A stretch of 64,000 bases of DNA from the human T2T-CHM13v2.0 reference genome, Homo sapiens. The position numbers were made by a program, and so were the translations under genes. The notes beneath the pieces were generated by a model. The model did no database searches, was not told where the DNA came from, and saw nothing but the letters and a program-made list of their open reading frames with translations. Location of the stretch: NCBI GenBank assembly GCA_009914755.4, contig CP068257.2, forward strand, positions 18,080,001 to 18,144,000, written 5' to 3'. Position 1 is the stretch's first letter. Each line of letters begins with the position of its first letter. Shown here piece by piece: positions 16,576 to 35,240 of this stretch.

Positions 16576-16595
16576 TTATGCACCATTAAACAATA

Positions 16596-17010
16596 TGCCA
16601 TCTGTTATTCATTGAATTATACCGCCTCCCACACCAATTAATACATTGAAGTCCTAACCCTCACTACCTCAAGTGTGGCTTTGTTTGGAAATACAGTCAT
16701 GGCAGATATAATTAGTTAAGATGACGCCATTAGGGTGTGCCCTCCTTAGAATGTCAGCGGTCCTTATAAAAGGGGAAAAATGTGGCTACAGGCATACACA
16801 CATGGAGTGAGAGCATCATATAAAGATAGGAGTTATGCCGTCACAAGTCAAGGAATTACCAGGAGCTATGAGGGAGTCTTGGAACAGGATGTTCAGAGGA
16901 AGCACAGACCTGGCAACATAATGATTTAAGACTTTCGACCTCCAGGAGTGTAAGAAAATAAACTCCCGATGCTCTCAGATACCCAGTTTGTGGCACCTTC
17001 TTACAGCAGA
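16596..17010 (+). repeat. Ancient interspersed repeat (family with ...cctcatgacctaatcac... / ...ccagcctccagaactgtgagaaataaatttc... motifs), plus orientation
   Basis: ...ccctccttagaatgtcagcggtccttataaaagg...ccaggagctatgagggagtcttggaac...tttcgacctccaggagtgtaagaaaataaactcc...cccagtttgtggcac. The same family recurs at 34340-34700, 35100-35240, 42290-42440 and 44040-44345. Confidence 0.5.
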
Positions 17011-17792
17011 CCAACACAATGATATACCTTCCTTGTCCCCACGAAATATTGTTTTTGTGTCTGAGATTTCTTATTTTCTTTTTTTCCCCAATTCTATTAA
17101 GATGAATATTTTTAAAAGATTACATAATGCAAAACTGTGCATGTTCTGACATCTGTCTTCCACTGCAGCTTTATCTCATAATCTTATGTGTCTACCTCCT
17201 TGCTTTCTTCTCCAGCCATAATCTCTTTCCTATCACCATCATCATTATAAGAGTTAAAGAAAGAAGAGAGAAACACGAAAAGTGACTCAACAGTCAAAAA
17301 CAGGTTTACTTTGGAGAATAAACCTGAGAGGGGCTTCTGGCTGATTTTGGTCAGGAGTGCTGTGTCTTACAGACTAAGGGTATTTAAGGGTTTTAGGGCA
17401 AGAGAGCTTATCAAAGACTTGGAATGTTTCTGTGTGGAGAAAAGTTTATTGAGGAGTTGAAATGTTTCCGCTCAAAGGGAAGGTTATCTTGGGACTGACA
17501 TCTCTCCTGCTGGAGGGGAGGTTATTTCAGGGCTGGCATGTCTCTGGTCAGGGAGGGGTTTATTTTAGGGTTGGAATGTTTCTGGTTGGAGTTGTCATTT
17601 GTGGTTTATGGTCATGCTGACCTTAGCTATTAAGCTGATGCCCTTTGGATTTAGGCGGTTGTCGATCAAGGGGAACTTTAAAAAGGCGGTGCTTGTCCAA
17701 GATGGCGATGCTCCTGCTCTGTCAATCATCATCATCATCACCATTTGTTCCTTGAATGAATAATTCTTTCTTATGTCATATTGCCTTTGCAA

Positions 17793-17794
<2 letters not shown>

Positions 17795-17829
<35 letters not shown>
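17795..17829. repeat. (TG)n microsatellite (~17 repeats)
   Basis: Direct reading. Confidence 0.95.
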
Positions 17830-17831
<2 letters not shown>

Positions 17832-20020
17832 CTGCATAGAATATTCTTCTCCTTTTGCTCATTTTACATAGTTAACTGCTATTTATTTATTTTTTATCAC
17901 CTTAATTCTTGGTCAACATCTATAAACTTTGTGAGAAAAGGGATTGGGTTTGTTTTCACTCATCATTGCATTCCCACTATCACATGAATTTTCTGGTACA
18001 TAAATGAATCGAGCATAAATATTTCCAACATTAATGAATGAAGCTGAGATTGTAAGAGTAGATCCAATAAAATTACATCATTTCGGCTACTTGGGCTTTG
18101 AATTCTCTGTTTATATGTGAAAACAAATATGCTCTAGCTACAAAGAAATAACATTTGGCAAACTCCTACTATACATTTCATGCCCTCTTACTATTTCAAT
18201 AATGCTCTCTTTAAATCCTAAGAACAGGCTGGTGAGGTGTATGTAACATCTCCCCTTTTCCCCTAGTTATTTTCTGGTGAAGAAATTGAGCAACATTAAA
18301 GTTAATTAACTGCCATAATTGCACTGCTGGCTATTATATTTCAATAACTTGCCATGGGGTATGATTTAGGTAAATGTGAAAGGTATTATAGTCACGGTGG
18401 TCAGGAAAAAGTTTCAGAAATGTCAGTGTTTGAACAATGTTTGAGAAAAGGAATAATTTTTTCAGAAAGTAACTCAAGAGAGGAGAGAGACATTCCTGAA
18501 AGCACGTATAGAGTGACTATTCAAGCTTCACTCTTCCTTTTGAATCATTCACACCAGTGAGTTTCCAAGAGAATTTTTCTCCTTTCAGTGATTGTCAGAC
18601 ATGGATCCATTGTCAGACTTCATGTCCATTAAATCAACAAATGAGATGTACTTTAATCAATTGCCTACATCATTGAATTAAGCAGAGCATCTCCTGTGAG
18701 GACCTGCCAGCCTGTTAGATTCAGCTCTAACTAAAATTTTACTTACTTTGTCCTGCTAAATCAATCACTCAGAAAATATATGTGCATTTTATTTTATGTT
18801 TCTTTTTCTTCTAGCCAATTTTCTGGATGGAGATTTCTGGTTTTTATGTTTTGCTGTAGTTTATGCTTTTTGGGGTCATAATAACACCAGTGGACATATG
18901 TCTGGGGTCATGTAACATCAAGACAGAATGAAAATGAAAAGCACTTTAGAGGAGATGGGTAGAAACTGTCAGAAACGTCTAACTTATTTGATTCCTCCAA
19001 ATATTTATTCTTTGATATCCAGACTCCTCTTATTTGTAAACAGAGAAGCCGAAAGCAGTAGAAAATTCATAAAGTGCTGCCCTTAAGCAACATCTGGGAA
19101 CACTATTTGGACTACATTTTCAGGAGTCTCAGAATTTTGGCTGCACCAGGAAACATTTTCTATTGTAGTGGTGACATCATTATTAACAACAACAATGAGA
19201 GTTAACATTTATTGTGTGCATACTACATCTTAGGTCATGTTTTAAAAGTTTATATATATAAAAACTGTTTTAATTCAAATAGTATTTCCTAATCTATTAT
19301 GGATAGAGCATACAGAATTGAACTGATCTGATTTCTGCTGTAAATTACTCAGTGATATTTAAAACTCTCATTCTTAATTTTCCCTCCATACAAATACTTT
19401 AGATCACCAGCAAAAATGCCCTCTATGTATTCGCCTTCACCATCTAGATCCTAACTAGTTGCCAGCAAAAACTTTATTAAGTACATCAGCAACACAAACT
19501 GATTTGCTACTGGGCAATCTTAGAGTCTGCTGCTCACCTGCTATGTCTCAACCAGCTCATTAAGTCCTCTAATGTTTGTAGCCTTGATTCTGGATCTTCT
19601 TTCTTGATCTCCTTTTCTTCTGGCTTCACAGAACAGAAAATGACTCAAATTACTGTATGGACAATAAATAATTATTTTTTAATATCAGTTTGGACAATAA
19701 TTGAAATCAGAAACTAACAGGAATTAGGTTATTGAAACAGATTTGGTGTTCATTTTTATTCACTGGAAATCTGCTTCATTTTGCAGGTTTCCTCAGGTTG
19801 TACTTGTTAACCCATTTCATACTTTTTGCTAAATATCCCAGAGATGGTAAGTGCTTAGTCCTGAACCTTTTATAAGGTATTAGGATCTGGGCAATTTTTC
19901 TTAGAGAGACAGCTGAGAATAGTTACATACTGTGAAGTACACATTCATAAAATTAATAAGATTTGCATGATTTAATTACTGTAGTTGCTCTTTTATATAA
20001 AATAAAATTCAAGTTTATAA

Positions 20021-20700
<680 letters not shown>

Positions 20701-21767
20701 TATCCCTCTGGTAATATATTTTTAATATGCTATGACTGTAAAGTATTAAATCAGTCTTGTTACTTGATAGTGATGCCCCAAGTATAGCTATTTGTATGTA
20801 CTAAACACATCATTTTTGGTATATGTGTCTCTGTGTTTTTGGCTAGTGTTATTACTTCATAAGTTGATTGTAAAATGGCTTTACTATAGTTAACACGAGT
20901 CATCTACCTAGTAGTTAATGAGTATTGCTGAATCGGATGCCCACCTTGAAGTGATGAAGCTAGGTAAGGGTAATGTTTTGCTCTTGACACAGATATATAA
21001 ATTTGACACAGATATATAAAAAGCTATAATATAAATTTAATAGCTTTATATACTTAAATATAATATCTTTTAAAGCTAGTAAAAAAATAGAAACATTGTT
21101 CAAATTTAAATGAATACTACACAGAGTACTATCAACTGAGAGTAGATATTGTACAAAGTCATACAATGATTAAAACATGGATATTATCTGCATAAAGATA
21201 TTTGGAGCCTAGAGACATATACAATGCTATATGACATTATTATTCATTCATTATGGATCACTTTATGGCTGTTTCTTTCTTACTGCTGTGATCTATGAAA
21301 GAATAATGAAACAGAGCACCGGAGATTAAGTGATGGTAAAAGATATGTAAGTCACGCAGGTGGGTGGAAGAGAGAAAGAAAGAGAGAAGAAAAGAGAGAC
21401 TTTTGTTTTTAATATTCACAAATCATTGGAGTTAGAAGTAAAGAAATAAAAACAAATTAAAGCTTAATATCACAGGATTAAAAATGCAACTCCCATTGAC
21501 TAAAGAAGCAATATATGCAAAGATAAACGTAAATACACCTAATTTATTTTGGATTTCGGGAGACCAGCAGGCTGGTAAATATAATGGGAGACAAAGATTG
21601 TATACCCAGCCAAGTTATCTTTCTAGTAGCAAGATTATAGAAGCATGTAAAAGACCACAGACAACAACAACAAGAAGAAATTTTAAAATGCAGAACTCAG
21701 AGAATTCATTGATTTTCTGAGATTCCACAATTCTCTCTTGTGGACTCTATAACAAAGATGACCTTCA

Positions 21768-22702
<935 letters not shown>

Positions 22703-23548
22703 GGCGAAGGACATGAACAGACACTTCTCAAAAGAAGACATTTATGCAGCCAAAAAACACATGAAATAATGCTCACTGTCACTGGCCATCAGAGAAATGC
22801 AAATCAAAACCACAATGAGATACCATCTTATATCAGTTAGAATGGCAATCATTAAAAAGTCAGGAAACAACAGGTGCTGGAGAGGATGTGGAGAAATAGG
22901 AACACTTTTACACTGTTGGTGGGACTGTAAACTAGTACAACCATTGTGGAAGTCAGTGTGGTGATTCCTCAGGGATCTAGAACTAAAAATACCATTTGAC
23001 CCAGCCATCCCATTACTGGGTATATACCCAAAGGACAATAAATCATACTGCTATAAAGACACATGCACACGTATGTTTATTGTGGCACTATTCACAATAG
23101 CAAAGACTTGGAACCAACCCAAATGTCCAACAAGGATAGACTGGATTAAGAAAATGTGGCACATATACACCATGGAATCCTATGCAGCCATAAAAAATGA
23201 TGAGTTCATGTCCCTTGTAGGGACATGGATGAAATTGGAAATCATCATTCTCAGTAAACTATTGCAAGAACAAAAAACCAAACACCGCATATTCTCACTC
23301 ATAGGCGGGAATTGAACAATGAGAACACATGGACACAGGAAGGGGAACATCACACTCTGGGGACTGCTGTGGGGTGGGGGGAGGGGGAGGGATAGCTTTA
23401 GGAGATATACCTAATGCTAAATGACGAGTTAAAGAGTGCAGCACACCAACATGGCACATGTATACATACGTAACTAACCTGCACATTGTGCACATGTACC
23501 CTAAAACTTAAAGTATAAGAATAATAAAATAAAAAATAAAAAAATATA
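22703..23548 (+). mobile_element. L1 3' segment (end of ORF2, 3' UTR and A-rich tail) in plus orientation, directly abutting the inverted segment
   Basis: ggcgaaggacatgaacagacacttctcaaaagaagacatttatgcagccaaaaaacacatgaaa...[49 protein letters not shown]...[80 protein letters not shown] ... catgtaccctaaaacttaaagtataagaataataaaataaaaaataaaaaaat. Confidence 0.95.
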
Positions 23549-24199
23549 ATTTAAGAAACACTGGCAAAAGGATTAATAGTTGGCATATAAAAAATAGTCC
23601 CAAATTTTTTTAAAAAGTGGATACATGGATAGAAGAAAATATACAAATATTATGTTTTGACAAAGAAGAATCAATATAATAAAAAAGAAGATAAGAAAAG
23701 CAAAAAAGCGGATTAATCTCATTTTCTGATATATAGAAAATAAATGGCAAATAGTGCAATTAAATATTGATAATCAGGTATTAAAACACTAATTGAGAAA
23801 ATAGGAACTTACGGGCAATTTTAAAAGCCGTAAGAACAGAGGTTACAACTGGAATGAAAATAGAAACTTTCTTAAATGTTGATGTAACTTTAAAATTACA
23901 GAAGAAAGCACATGACATAGAGAAAGAAAGATTAACTCATGTATAATAAGCATAGTAAGTATAATGTAAACTAACGTAAAATTTAAGACACAATATATCA
24001 GCTTATCTACATATGTTAATGAATCTAACTCATTTATTGAAAGAAAAAGAAATCTAATCATAAGATAGATCAATTGATCATTTAATAGATCAATTCAAAA
24101 GGAAATGAACTATTCAAATACTAGAAGAAAACAAAGGTAAATTCCTCTCTAACTTATGGTTTGGAAAATATTTTTACATATGACTCAAATTCTGCATTC

Positions 24200-25600
24200 A
24201 AGAAAATGTAGATATCTCTGACTTTAAAAGATTTTAAAAAACTTTGTTTTCCAAACTACCATAAAAAACCAACAAGTGACAAAAGCAAATAACAAAAACT
24301 TAGAAGAAACTTGTAATAACAGAGATAAAGGATTAATGTATATTTTAAGAATATGAAACACTCTTAAAATTGAAGGAATCAAGACCAAAACCATACAGGA
24401 AAATAAACAAAACATGAATAGGGATGTCCCAAAATTATATAATGACCTTTAAAACATGATATATTTACATTCACTTATAATAGATGCATACATCTCAAAA
24501 CCATGCTGAGATACCACTTCTTGTCTGTCAGATTATCAAAAATTAAAATCTTGGTAACTTATTCCATTGGTGAGGCTATTACAAAACAGTCTCACAGATT
24601 CATACTTTATAAAAGAAAATTTGGCTATATTGAACAAACCTATATGTTTATACTGTTACTTAGAAATTTCACTGAATATAAGCTTCTGTAAATATAAAAA
24701 TAGTTCTTATAGCACCAGGTATAATTACAGAATACTGAAAACAAATTAGTTACCTGTATACAGGGCATTGCTTAAATACACTCTGATAAATACTCAGATG
24801 GCGGTAATAGCAGCTGCAAAAGAAATGTGGAAAATTTCTATTAACTGATATTGACTAACTTATAGGCTGTATTAATTACATTTAAAAAGAAGCCTTCAAA
24901 ATATTGTATTTTTTTCTATAAGAAAAAGAGGATGATAATTAAGTACTCATGCATCTGCTTAGTTTTACAAAGATCAACCCAGTAGAGATAAGCTAGACAA
25001 AATTCTAATTGATTATTTACAAGCGTGAGTAGGAACAGATTGGAAATGTTGGTGGTGATGGTTTGAGACTTCTCTATGTCTACCTTTTTTGTAGCTTTTA
25101 CTTTTTGAAACCACATTGCAAAATAAAACCAATGAGCTAGAAAAAAAATTAGAAATACAAACAGCAACTAAGGAAACTCTGTATTTCAAATGACTAATAT
25201 GACCAAGGTAAAAAAACAGGAAATAACTAACCAATGCAACTTAAAAACGGAGTATTGTATTGATACATCATCAGTTTACAAAGAAAAATAACCCTAGACA
25301 AATACTGTACTATAGTTACTAGGTTTGGGTTTTTTTGGCTATGATATTGCTAGAAATTCTAAAACTACCCTAATTTTAGCTTTAAGCAAACAAATTATTA
25401 TACTGAGGATAAATGGAGCCAGATTTCTCACTGATGAAGAAATGAATTACGAATACGTAAATGGAAGGAGAGTAGACCCTGTGGTGTTTAACCAGGCATT
25501 TAGGTATCATTGTGAACACATGGTCAAAGTCTTTGTGGAGAGGTAGCTGATTTTAGGACTGGGCAAGTAAAGTACAAGATGAAATTAGAACATCTTCTTT
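24200..25600 (+). repeat. Probable ancient, highly diverged L1 (L1M-like) remnants in an A-rich tract
   Basis: 24503-24550 (atg)ctgagataccacttcttgtctgtcagattatcaaaaattaaaa translates to LRYHFLSVRLSKIKI, resembling L1 ORF2 [15 protein letters not shown]. The surroundings are A-rich, low-complexity and L1-like. Extent is uncertain. Confidence 0.3.
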
Positions 25601-28600
25601 TGTTAGAAAGCAAGTTGCATTAAAAATAAATAGGGCATTAAAAAATACACACTGAATTCAGTTTGAAGGGGTTTTTATTGGATAAATCTGGGGCAATTTG
25701 ACAATCAAAATTAATAATAATAAAGTATCAACAAATTAAAAACCAATAAATCAAATGAGAAATCATGTATTTATACATATGTAAATAAATACACAATTGT
25801 ATAAAGAGGGTAAAAGGAAAAATATTCATTTAGGGTGGAATTATACCTAATAAATGTACAGGAATGATAGAATTATGGAGATTTTTCAAACTGTCATTTA
25901 GCAGTCATCATATTAATAATTATTTCAAGTAAGATTCAGCAACTGATGCCAAAATAGATGGTAAAAGTTTGCTGAGAAGTAGGGCGTGAAAATTTTATAT
26001 ATATGTAAAAACATATATATCAGACTACCTATGCATACATAAACATAAACACATACACACATTTATATGAGAGAGAGAACAAATATAATAATATTTAAAA
26101 TAGAGAAATATGGTTGGAGGGTATATGGAAATTCTTAACACTATTCTTGCAAATTTGCTATAAGCTTTAAAGTATGTGGAAATAAAAAATTATAAAAATG
26201 AGAAATTGCTTTACCCACGTGACCCCAATTTTAGTTGCTACAAAATGGGATATAAAGTATAATTTCAATTATAAAAATGACGTATGTAAAAACCATAGTA
26301 TAGTTACAGACCACTATAGATTCTAGACAAATAACAGTTTTATCTTCTTTTTCAAAAGTGGCAAAATTGTTACATTTTAATTTTGCCAACTCATAAACAA
26401 TATCTGAACATTTTGTTTCTGCATTGCATATTATTACAACACTAACTCACAAACTTCTAACATAATAATTATTTTCTTCTTAAAAGTAGGGAATCTCTGC
26501 TTTAAAATATCTGAAACACTTTTCTAAGATGATAGAAGTTGTGTAGTTTAAAAATAAGACCTTGATTTTGGAAGCAGACATAGGTTCCGATTCGAGCTCA
26601 TACGTTTTCAACTGCTTGCTTTGACATAGTTACTTAGGCTCTCCACAGTTCAGTTTCATTGCCAGTATCATAAGAATAACTTAATTCTTATTTAATGGGT
26701 TTCTTGAAGCCCAAAGGAGAAATTCAAGAAAATACCTAGCACAATGCCTGTGCCATAAATAAATGTTAATACATATTAGCTATCACAATGGATAAGGGTT
26801 ACACATAATTAATTGAGATTTTTAGGTATTGTTTCTTCTTAAACCACTACCTGTGGAACCCTTCCATAGATATAAAATCTTAACCAATTCATGATCTAAA
26901 ATTAAGTTGATGATTTGTGCTACTCGCACATTGAATAGAATGAGCATAGATTTTTTTCAATATCTTTCTTTTACAAGCAAAAGAAAAATAAAAGCAAAAC
27001 TCTAAAGTGAGTTCCTCAAAGTGACACTTCAAATGATTTTCTTTGTTCTCAGTTTCTACTCTCATTAGAAATGTTCTGAAAATATTTCACTCTCTCATCA
27101 ACTACCTGAGGGTTTTATAAGAACGTTTTTTAAATATTATTTGCAGGACAGAGATATACTGTTCAATTGAGAATGAAAAATGTCTCATACATTTATTTAA
27201 CTTGCCAATCTGTAATTTACTCACTGTCCATTTAAAAACATTTTTATTGTTATTTATTAAGCCTTACTCTGGAAGCCCAAATCCTTTATTTCATTATTGC
27301 AATAATAAAGCCAGCAATGCAAGAAGAGCGGAGAAAATTGGTTTTCCTATCGGTGTTTGAGGTCTACATTATTAGACTGCTTCTCTGTCTGCGGATACTC
27401 TGCACACTTTGAATACTGACTTCAAGGGTTTTAGAACATCGATGGGCTTTTAGTCAAAAAAAAAGTCTAAAATACAAATATTATTTTTAAAATTTAGCTG
27501 ATTATCTTAAGCAAAAATTAAGTTTTTTTCTTTTTTTAAATTTTTTGTCTGATATTTTGAACCCATAAAGAAATTAAAATTACATAGAATGTTTTTATGT
27601 CCTAAAACAAGGAGATAATAGCCATAGAGGTTTTATTAGGCAATTAGTAGCTATAAAACTGAAGGAATGGTAGGATGATTAATTTTTTTGATTTACTTAT
27701 TTAAAATCCAACCATAGGAAGAAGAAAATGATACTTCAAATGCTTTAAAAAATGAAGGTATCGTTTAACATATTAACATTATTTTAATAATAATATATTT
27801 ACATTATAATTATTTCTTAACACTGAAATATATGAAAATCTCTAAATCCTTTATCTGGAGTTTAAAAAGTTAAAATCTAAGCTATTTAAAAAATGAAATG
27901 CATATGTCTTTGAAAGACAAAAGCAATAATCTAATAGACTCCCATTTTCAAAGGAACAATAATTTTCTCTTAGGTATACCTCTGATCATAGATTTAGCAA
28001 TATCAAGGTAATTTGTAGCACAAAATAATACACCACTGGATGTTAAAGACTTAGATCAACAAAATTCACTAATCATCGTTCCAATTCTTTAATTTTATAG
28101 CTCCTAATTGCATAATAAAATCTCCATGACTATTATCTCTTCCTTTTATGACATATATACATTTTGTGTAATTTTAATTTAAGAATTCAAAATATCAGAC
28201 AAGAAATTCAGTATATAGCCTACAAAATACTGTAGTATAAAATAGGGCAAAGTACCACCGGGCCATTTAAGAAACCGTCTGATTTGTGTGACTTAGTACT
28301 TCTTTGCCTATGAAGCATAGTCTGAGTCTGAAAAACTGGTGACAGTTAAAAGTCTGCAGCGTTCCACTTTTTTGATTTTTATGGATCTGTACAGTGGTCC
28401 TTATCCTAGAAAATTAGCCATTGAATTCATTTGGGGCATCATGTGCCCTGAGCAATGTATTTTCAGGCCTGTGCATATCAATAATTTAAAGTAAAAGGGT
28501 GAAGCGCGATCAACAGTTAAGCTCTTAAAACGTGCCTTTTAATTAGAAAAGGGTGTTAAAATAAGGCAACACTTTAAAGTAAAATGATACCCATTTGTAA

Positions 28601-29099
28601 CATATTGGCAATTAAACTCACTTCTTTTTCATTATTCCTTAGACACCCCGTGCTGTACTTACAAGGCAATTCTAACTCTTTAAAGCTAGTTTTGAATCAC
28701 AAGCTTAAGCTGACAGTTACCAGGTTCCGTTTCTCATTCTTGGTCTTTAAGTTCCTACATGCTGCTTTTGAAAACTGAACAGACATTTCCTTCTTTAGAT
28801 ATTATGTTTCTTCAAAACATCATATTTATTTACAACAATTTATTGTCTATATTGTGCCAGCGAAAATATAATAAGATGTTAAGTAAACTTTATATTCAGT
28901 AGCCCGATGCTGTTGATAAGGTCTGAGGAATTTTAATTTTTAAATCTTACATGCAGTACACTTAAATGAATAATACCTTCTTCTTGATGCAGACTATGTA
29001 ACCTAAACATTCTTGACAAAGTGATGAGTTTGACCATTCCCTTGAGGTACATTTGCATCTATTTAAGTACAATTTAATAAGTGCCTACTCTTTGGCAGG

Positions 29100-30960
<1,861 letters not shown>

Positions 30961-33831
30961 GTGAAAAACATTCTCTGCAAGGAAAAACCTTTTTATCTGC
31001 ATTGCATGTATAAAAAACACACAAATATTTCCATTTCAGAAAAGTAAATGAAATTTGTAATTAAAACCATTTTTATTACTAATAAATATAAACATCATAC
31101 TGTACATACTCTCAAATAAATGTTAGACTTTTTAAAAAATGTCCACTTTATGTAAGAAAATACTTCATGTATTTAGCAGAAGAATGATTGATCTAATTGC
31201 AGTATACAGCTCCAAAGAGTAGGAGTAAATATTTTGAAGAAAGCATGATAGTCTTTCTCATTCTCATATTGTATTCCTCCATGACTCTTATCTTTCTCAA
31301 TATCCTGGTAGCTTTCATAATTTATCAGAGCCATTTTTGAGGCTATTCATATGAAGGATTGATTACTGTGGAATTAATAAATGTCAAAGGTTTATACTTC
31401 TATCATTTCTTTATTTGACTAATATTTAATGGGCTCAATTATGCTCCAAGCATTTAGTTACCTTTGCATGCACTTTTGTCATGTGTTAGATTTACTTTCA
31501 CACCTCTGGGCCTTCACACATGACATTCCTCTTGTCTGGAATGACCTTTTCCTTATTCTTTACTTGAATTTTTAATTTGCCTTTAGGTCTTAAGCAAGGT
31601 TTGACCTCAAGGAAGCTTTCTCAAACTCTCTGGTGCAGTGTGATTAAAAATGTTCCTCTTCAGGAGTCACAGAGGATTCTTTGCTATATCTGTAAGTGTA
31701 CTTATTTCTACATATTATAATAATTAATTTTTTCTGCCCTATGATCAGATTCTCTATAACAGCCAAGAGTTAAGGGTTTCAAAATTATTTATTTAAATGA
31801 ATTCACTATACACTTCAGATAGTTCTTAGAAATAATCATAAATTTAGAATTTTGCATGTTTGTCATTTACATGTAGTTTTGAAGGATCACAATTTCTAAA
31901 GTCGTTTCTACTATGTTTCATTAAACTATTTGTTGAAGAATTATATGTGCCACATAATGTGATAGAAACTGAAATTGGACCATATAAAATGACTATATAA
32001 ATAGACTTTGACACACTTCTGGTTCTGAACGTGATGAGCAGGGAATATTACATTATTACACCAATCCTCTCACTGAGAAAAACAATGGCAATAACAATTA
32101 AATAATGCTTACAAGATATGCATTTTAACTATAAGCATACCCAGCATTCAAAGTATACTGATGATAAAAAGATTTACCATGTTAGCACAAACTAAAAGAA
32201 TAACACAGCTAATGAATATAACATCAAATAAAATACTGGAAAAGACTTATTACTAGACATAAGAATAATATTTTATAATGATAAGTGCTAACATTCAAGA
32301 AGAAAAAATATTACATTTTTATATACTCTATACACAAAAAATGATGACTATAATGGAAGTGACAAATCCATAATTATATTGCAGATTTTAAAAACCCCTC
32401 TCTTAGTAAATGACAGAAAAATTAAACTATAAAATCAGTAGGGAAATAAGAGAGTTGAAAATACATTTGAAAAACCGAATCGTATTTTCATATATAAAAC
32501 ATAAGAGCAACAGTAGAATATTTTATTTTTAATTTCACGTGAAACATTCAACAAAATAGAAAATATCTGACCAAAATTTAAAACCAATACCCACAAGTCA
32601 AATCTTAACAAAATTTTAAATAATGACATTATTGAGTGTGTGTTTTCTCTGCACAGTAGAATTAAACTAGAAATAATAAATAATAATAAAACTAAAACCA
32701 CATGCCTTTAGACATTTAGGAATACACTTATATATGAATATTATAACCTATGATTTAAAGAAGAAATCTAAATCTAAATTTGAATTTATTTTGGTCATGA
32801 GTTATAATGAATATATGATAGAAACTTGTAGATGCAAAACAGCAATTCTTATGGAAAAGCTTCTAACAAAAATGCACTTATTAGAAATAGAGACTGACAA
32901 TCAATACCTTAAGGAGTAATACACCCCTCACACCTACACACACAAAAGTAGCAAAAAAGGAAATAATAAAGGTATGAGCAAAAAAACCAATGATTTAGCA
33001 ATAAATCATATAAAAGAGAAACCAAACAAGGCTAAAAGTTGTTTTTTAAAAGATAAATAAAATGCTCATATCTCTAGGAATGTTGTTATACTTAAAAAAT
33101 AAAAGCTATGAGTTATACTTAGTAAAAATGAAGAAAAGAAATTCTTTTATCAGTTAGAACATGAAACGGTTATCAGAGGAAAACAATTTTATGTCAATAA
33201 CTTTTAAGTTATATGAAATAGATCAACTTTTTGAAAAACAGGATTTTCCAAATGAATTCAGGAAGATATAGAAACATAAATAGTCCTATATTCAGAAAAT
33301 TTACTGATTCAATAATTTATACTATTGTCTTAAAAAGTTAATTGTCAGTTGCTATAATACCTTAAGGAAGAACTAATGCCAATGTTATAGAAACTGTTTT
33401 AGAGAATAGAGAAAAGGGAACATTTTCAAGAAATTGTATGAGGCTAGCATATTACTAATACTAAAACCTTACAAAAACAGTAGAAAGTAAACTTATCTCT
33501 TTTATGAATATTATCTTCATGAATATAAATGAATATGAATTCATTCTGTCATGAATATAAAATCAAATATTTTAAGCAAAATGAACAATTGGAAGTCAGT
33601 ATATGTAAGAAGATAATATATAATGGAAAGGTTTACGTTATGGCTAGGTTGAATTTAGCAATTTTTAGCAGAACTACTATACATATTAGCAATATAGAAC
33701 ACAAAATCATCTAATGATTTTTATTAGGTGTGAAATAATGTAAAAAATTTGATAAAATTCAACATCTGTGTATGGAAATTCTCTTAGCACACTAAAATAT
33801 CCTAATTCTTCAATTTGATGAAGAATTTCTA

Positions 33832-34166
<335 letters not shown>

Positions 34167-34339
34167 AAAACTTTATATTGACTAGTACTATATTGAAAGC
34201 TTGTTTTCTGAGACTGAACATGATAAACATATACTGTATCACTGTTTCTATCTAACATAGTCCTGGTAGTTCTAAAAATCAGGCAGGAAAATGATTTTAA
34301 AAAACAAATGAAAAAATAAAACTTAGGCACAAGTGTCAT

Positions 34340-34700
34340 CACTGTTGTCTTTATCCAGTCAGGCTGCTATAGCAAAATACATTAATACATTAGACTGGGT
34401 ACTTTGTAAACAACAGAAATTTATTGCTTACAGTTCTGGAAACTGGGAAGTCCAAGATCAAAATGCCAGCCAATTTCCCTGGTGAGGACTTGCTCTGTGC
34501 TTCTTTAATGGCAACTCGTAGCTGTGTCCTCACATGACAGAATGATAATCAAGCTCCCTTGTGCTCTTTTATAAGGGCACTAATTTCATGCATGAGGGTG
34601 GAGCTTTCATGACCTGATTATCTCCCAAAAGCCTCACCTCTTAATACCATTGCATTGAGGATTAGATTTCAATGTATGAATTTGGGGGTGAGGGGTAGAA
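34340..34700 (-). repeat. Ancient interspersed repeat, same family as 16596-17010, minus orientation, near full length
   Basis: tcaggctgctatagcaaaatacattaatacattagactgggtactttgtaaacaacagaaatttattgcttacagttctggaaactgggaagtccaagatcaaaatgccagcc...ctcccttgtgctcttttataagggcactaatttcatgcatgagggtggagctttcatgacctgattatctcccaaaagcctcacctcttaataccattgcattgaggattagatttcaatgtatgaatttggggg. Confidence 0.5.
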
Positions 34701-35099
34701 ACATTCTGACTATGACAATTGTATATGAAGTTTAATTCGACAGGTAAATTAACAGAATTAAGCAGTGAATTTAGTAGGGTTGCTAGGCAAAAGGCCAAAT
34801 ACAAAAATCAAATGATTTTTATTACAGTAATAGCAACTACTAGAAAATGAAATTATGTATAATTTAAAATACCATCAAAAATATCTCACACCAAATCAAA
34901 AACATTGAGAACACCCAAAGCTGTTGAGGATGTGGATCAACAGGAAGACTCACTCATTGCTGCTGGGATTGAAAATGGTGCAGCTACTTTGGAAGACATG
35001 TTGGCAGTTTTCTACAAAATGAAATGCTCTTATGAAATGATCCAACATTTACACCCTTTAATAGCCACTCAAATGGGTTGAAAAGTTACACCCATACAA

Positions 35100-35240
35100 A
35101 AACTTTTGTCAGCGCACTCCTGAAAGCACTTTTTATCATGACATTAATCCATTTATGAGGGTGGATCTCTCATGGCCTAATCACCTCTTAAACATCCCAC
35201 CTGCTAATATACTGTTACAATGGCAATTAAATGTGAACAT
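35100..35240 (-). repeat. Fragment of the same ancient repeat family
   Basis: ttatcatgacattaatccatttatgagggtggatctctcatggcctaatcacctcttaaacatcccacctgctaatatactgttacaatggcaattaaatgtgaacatgagttctggag. Confidence 0.4.
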
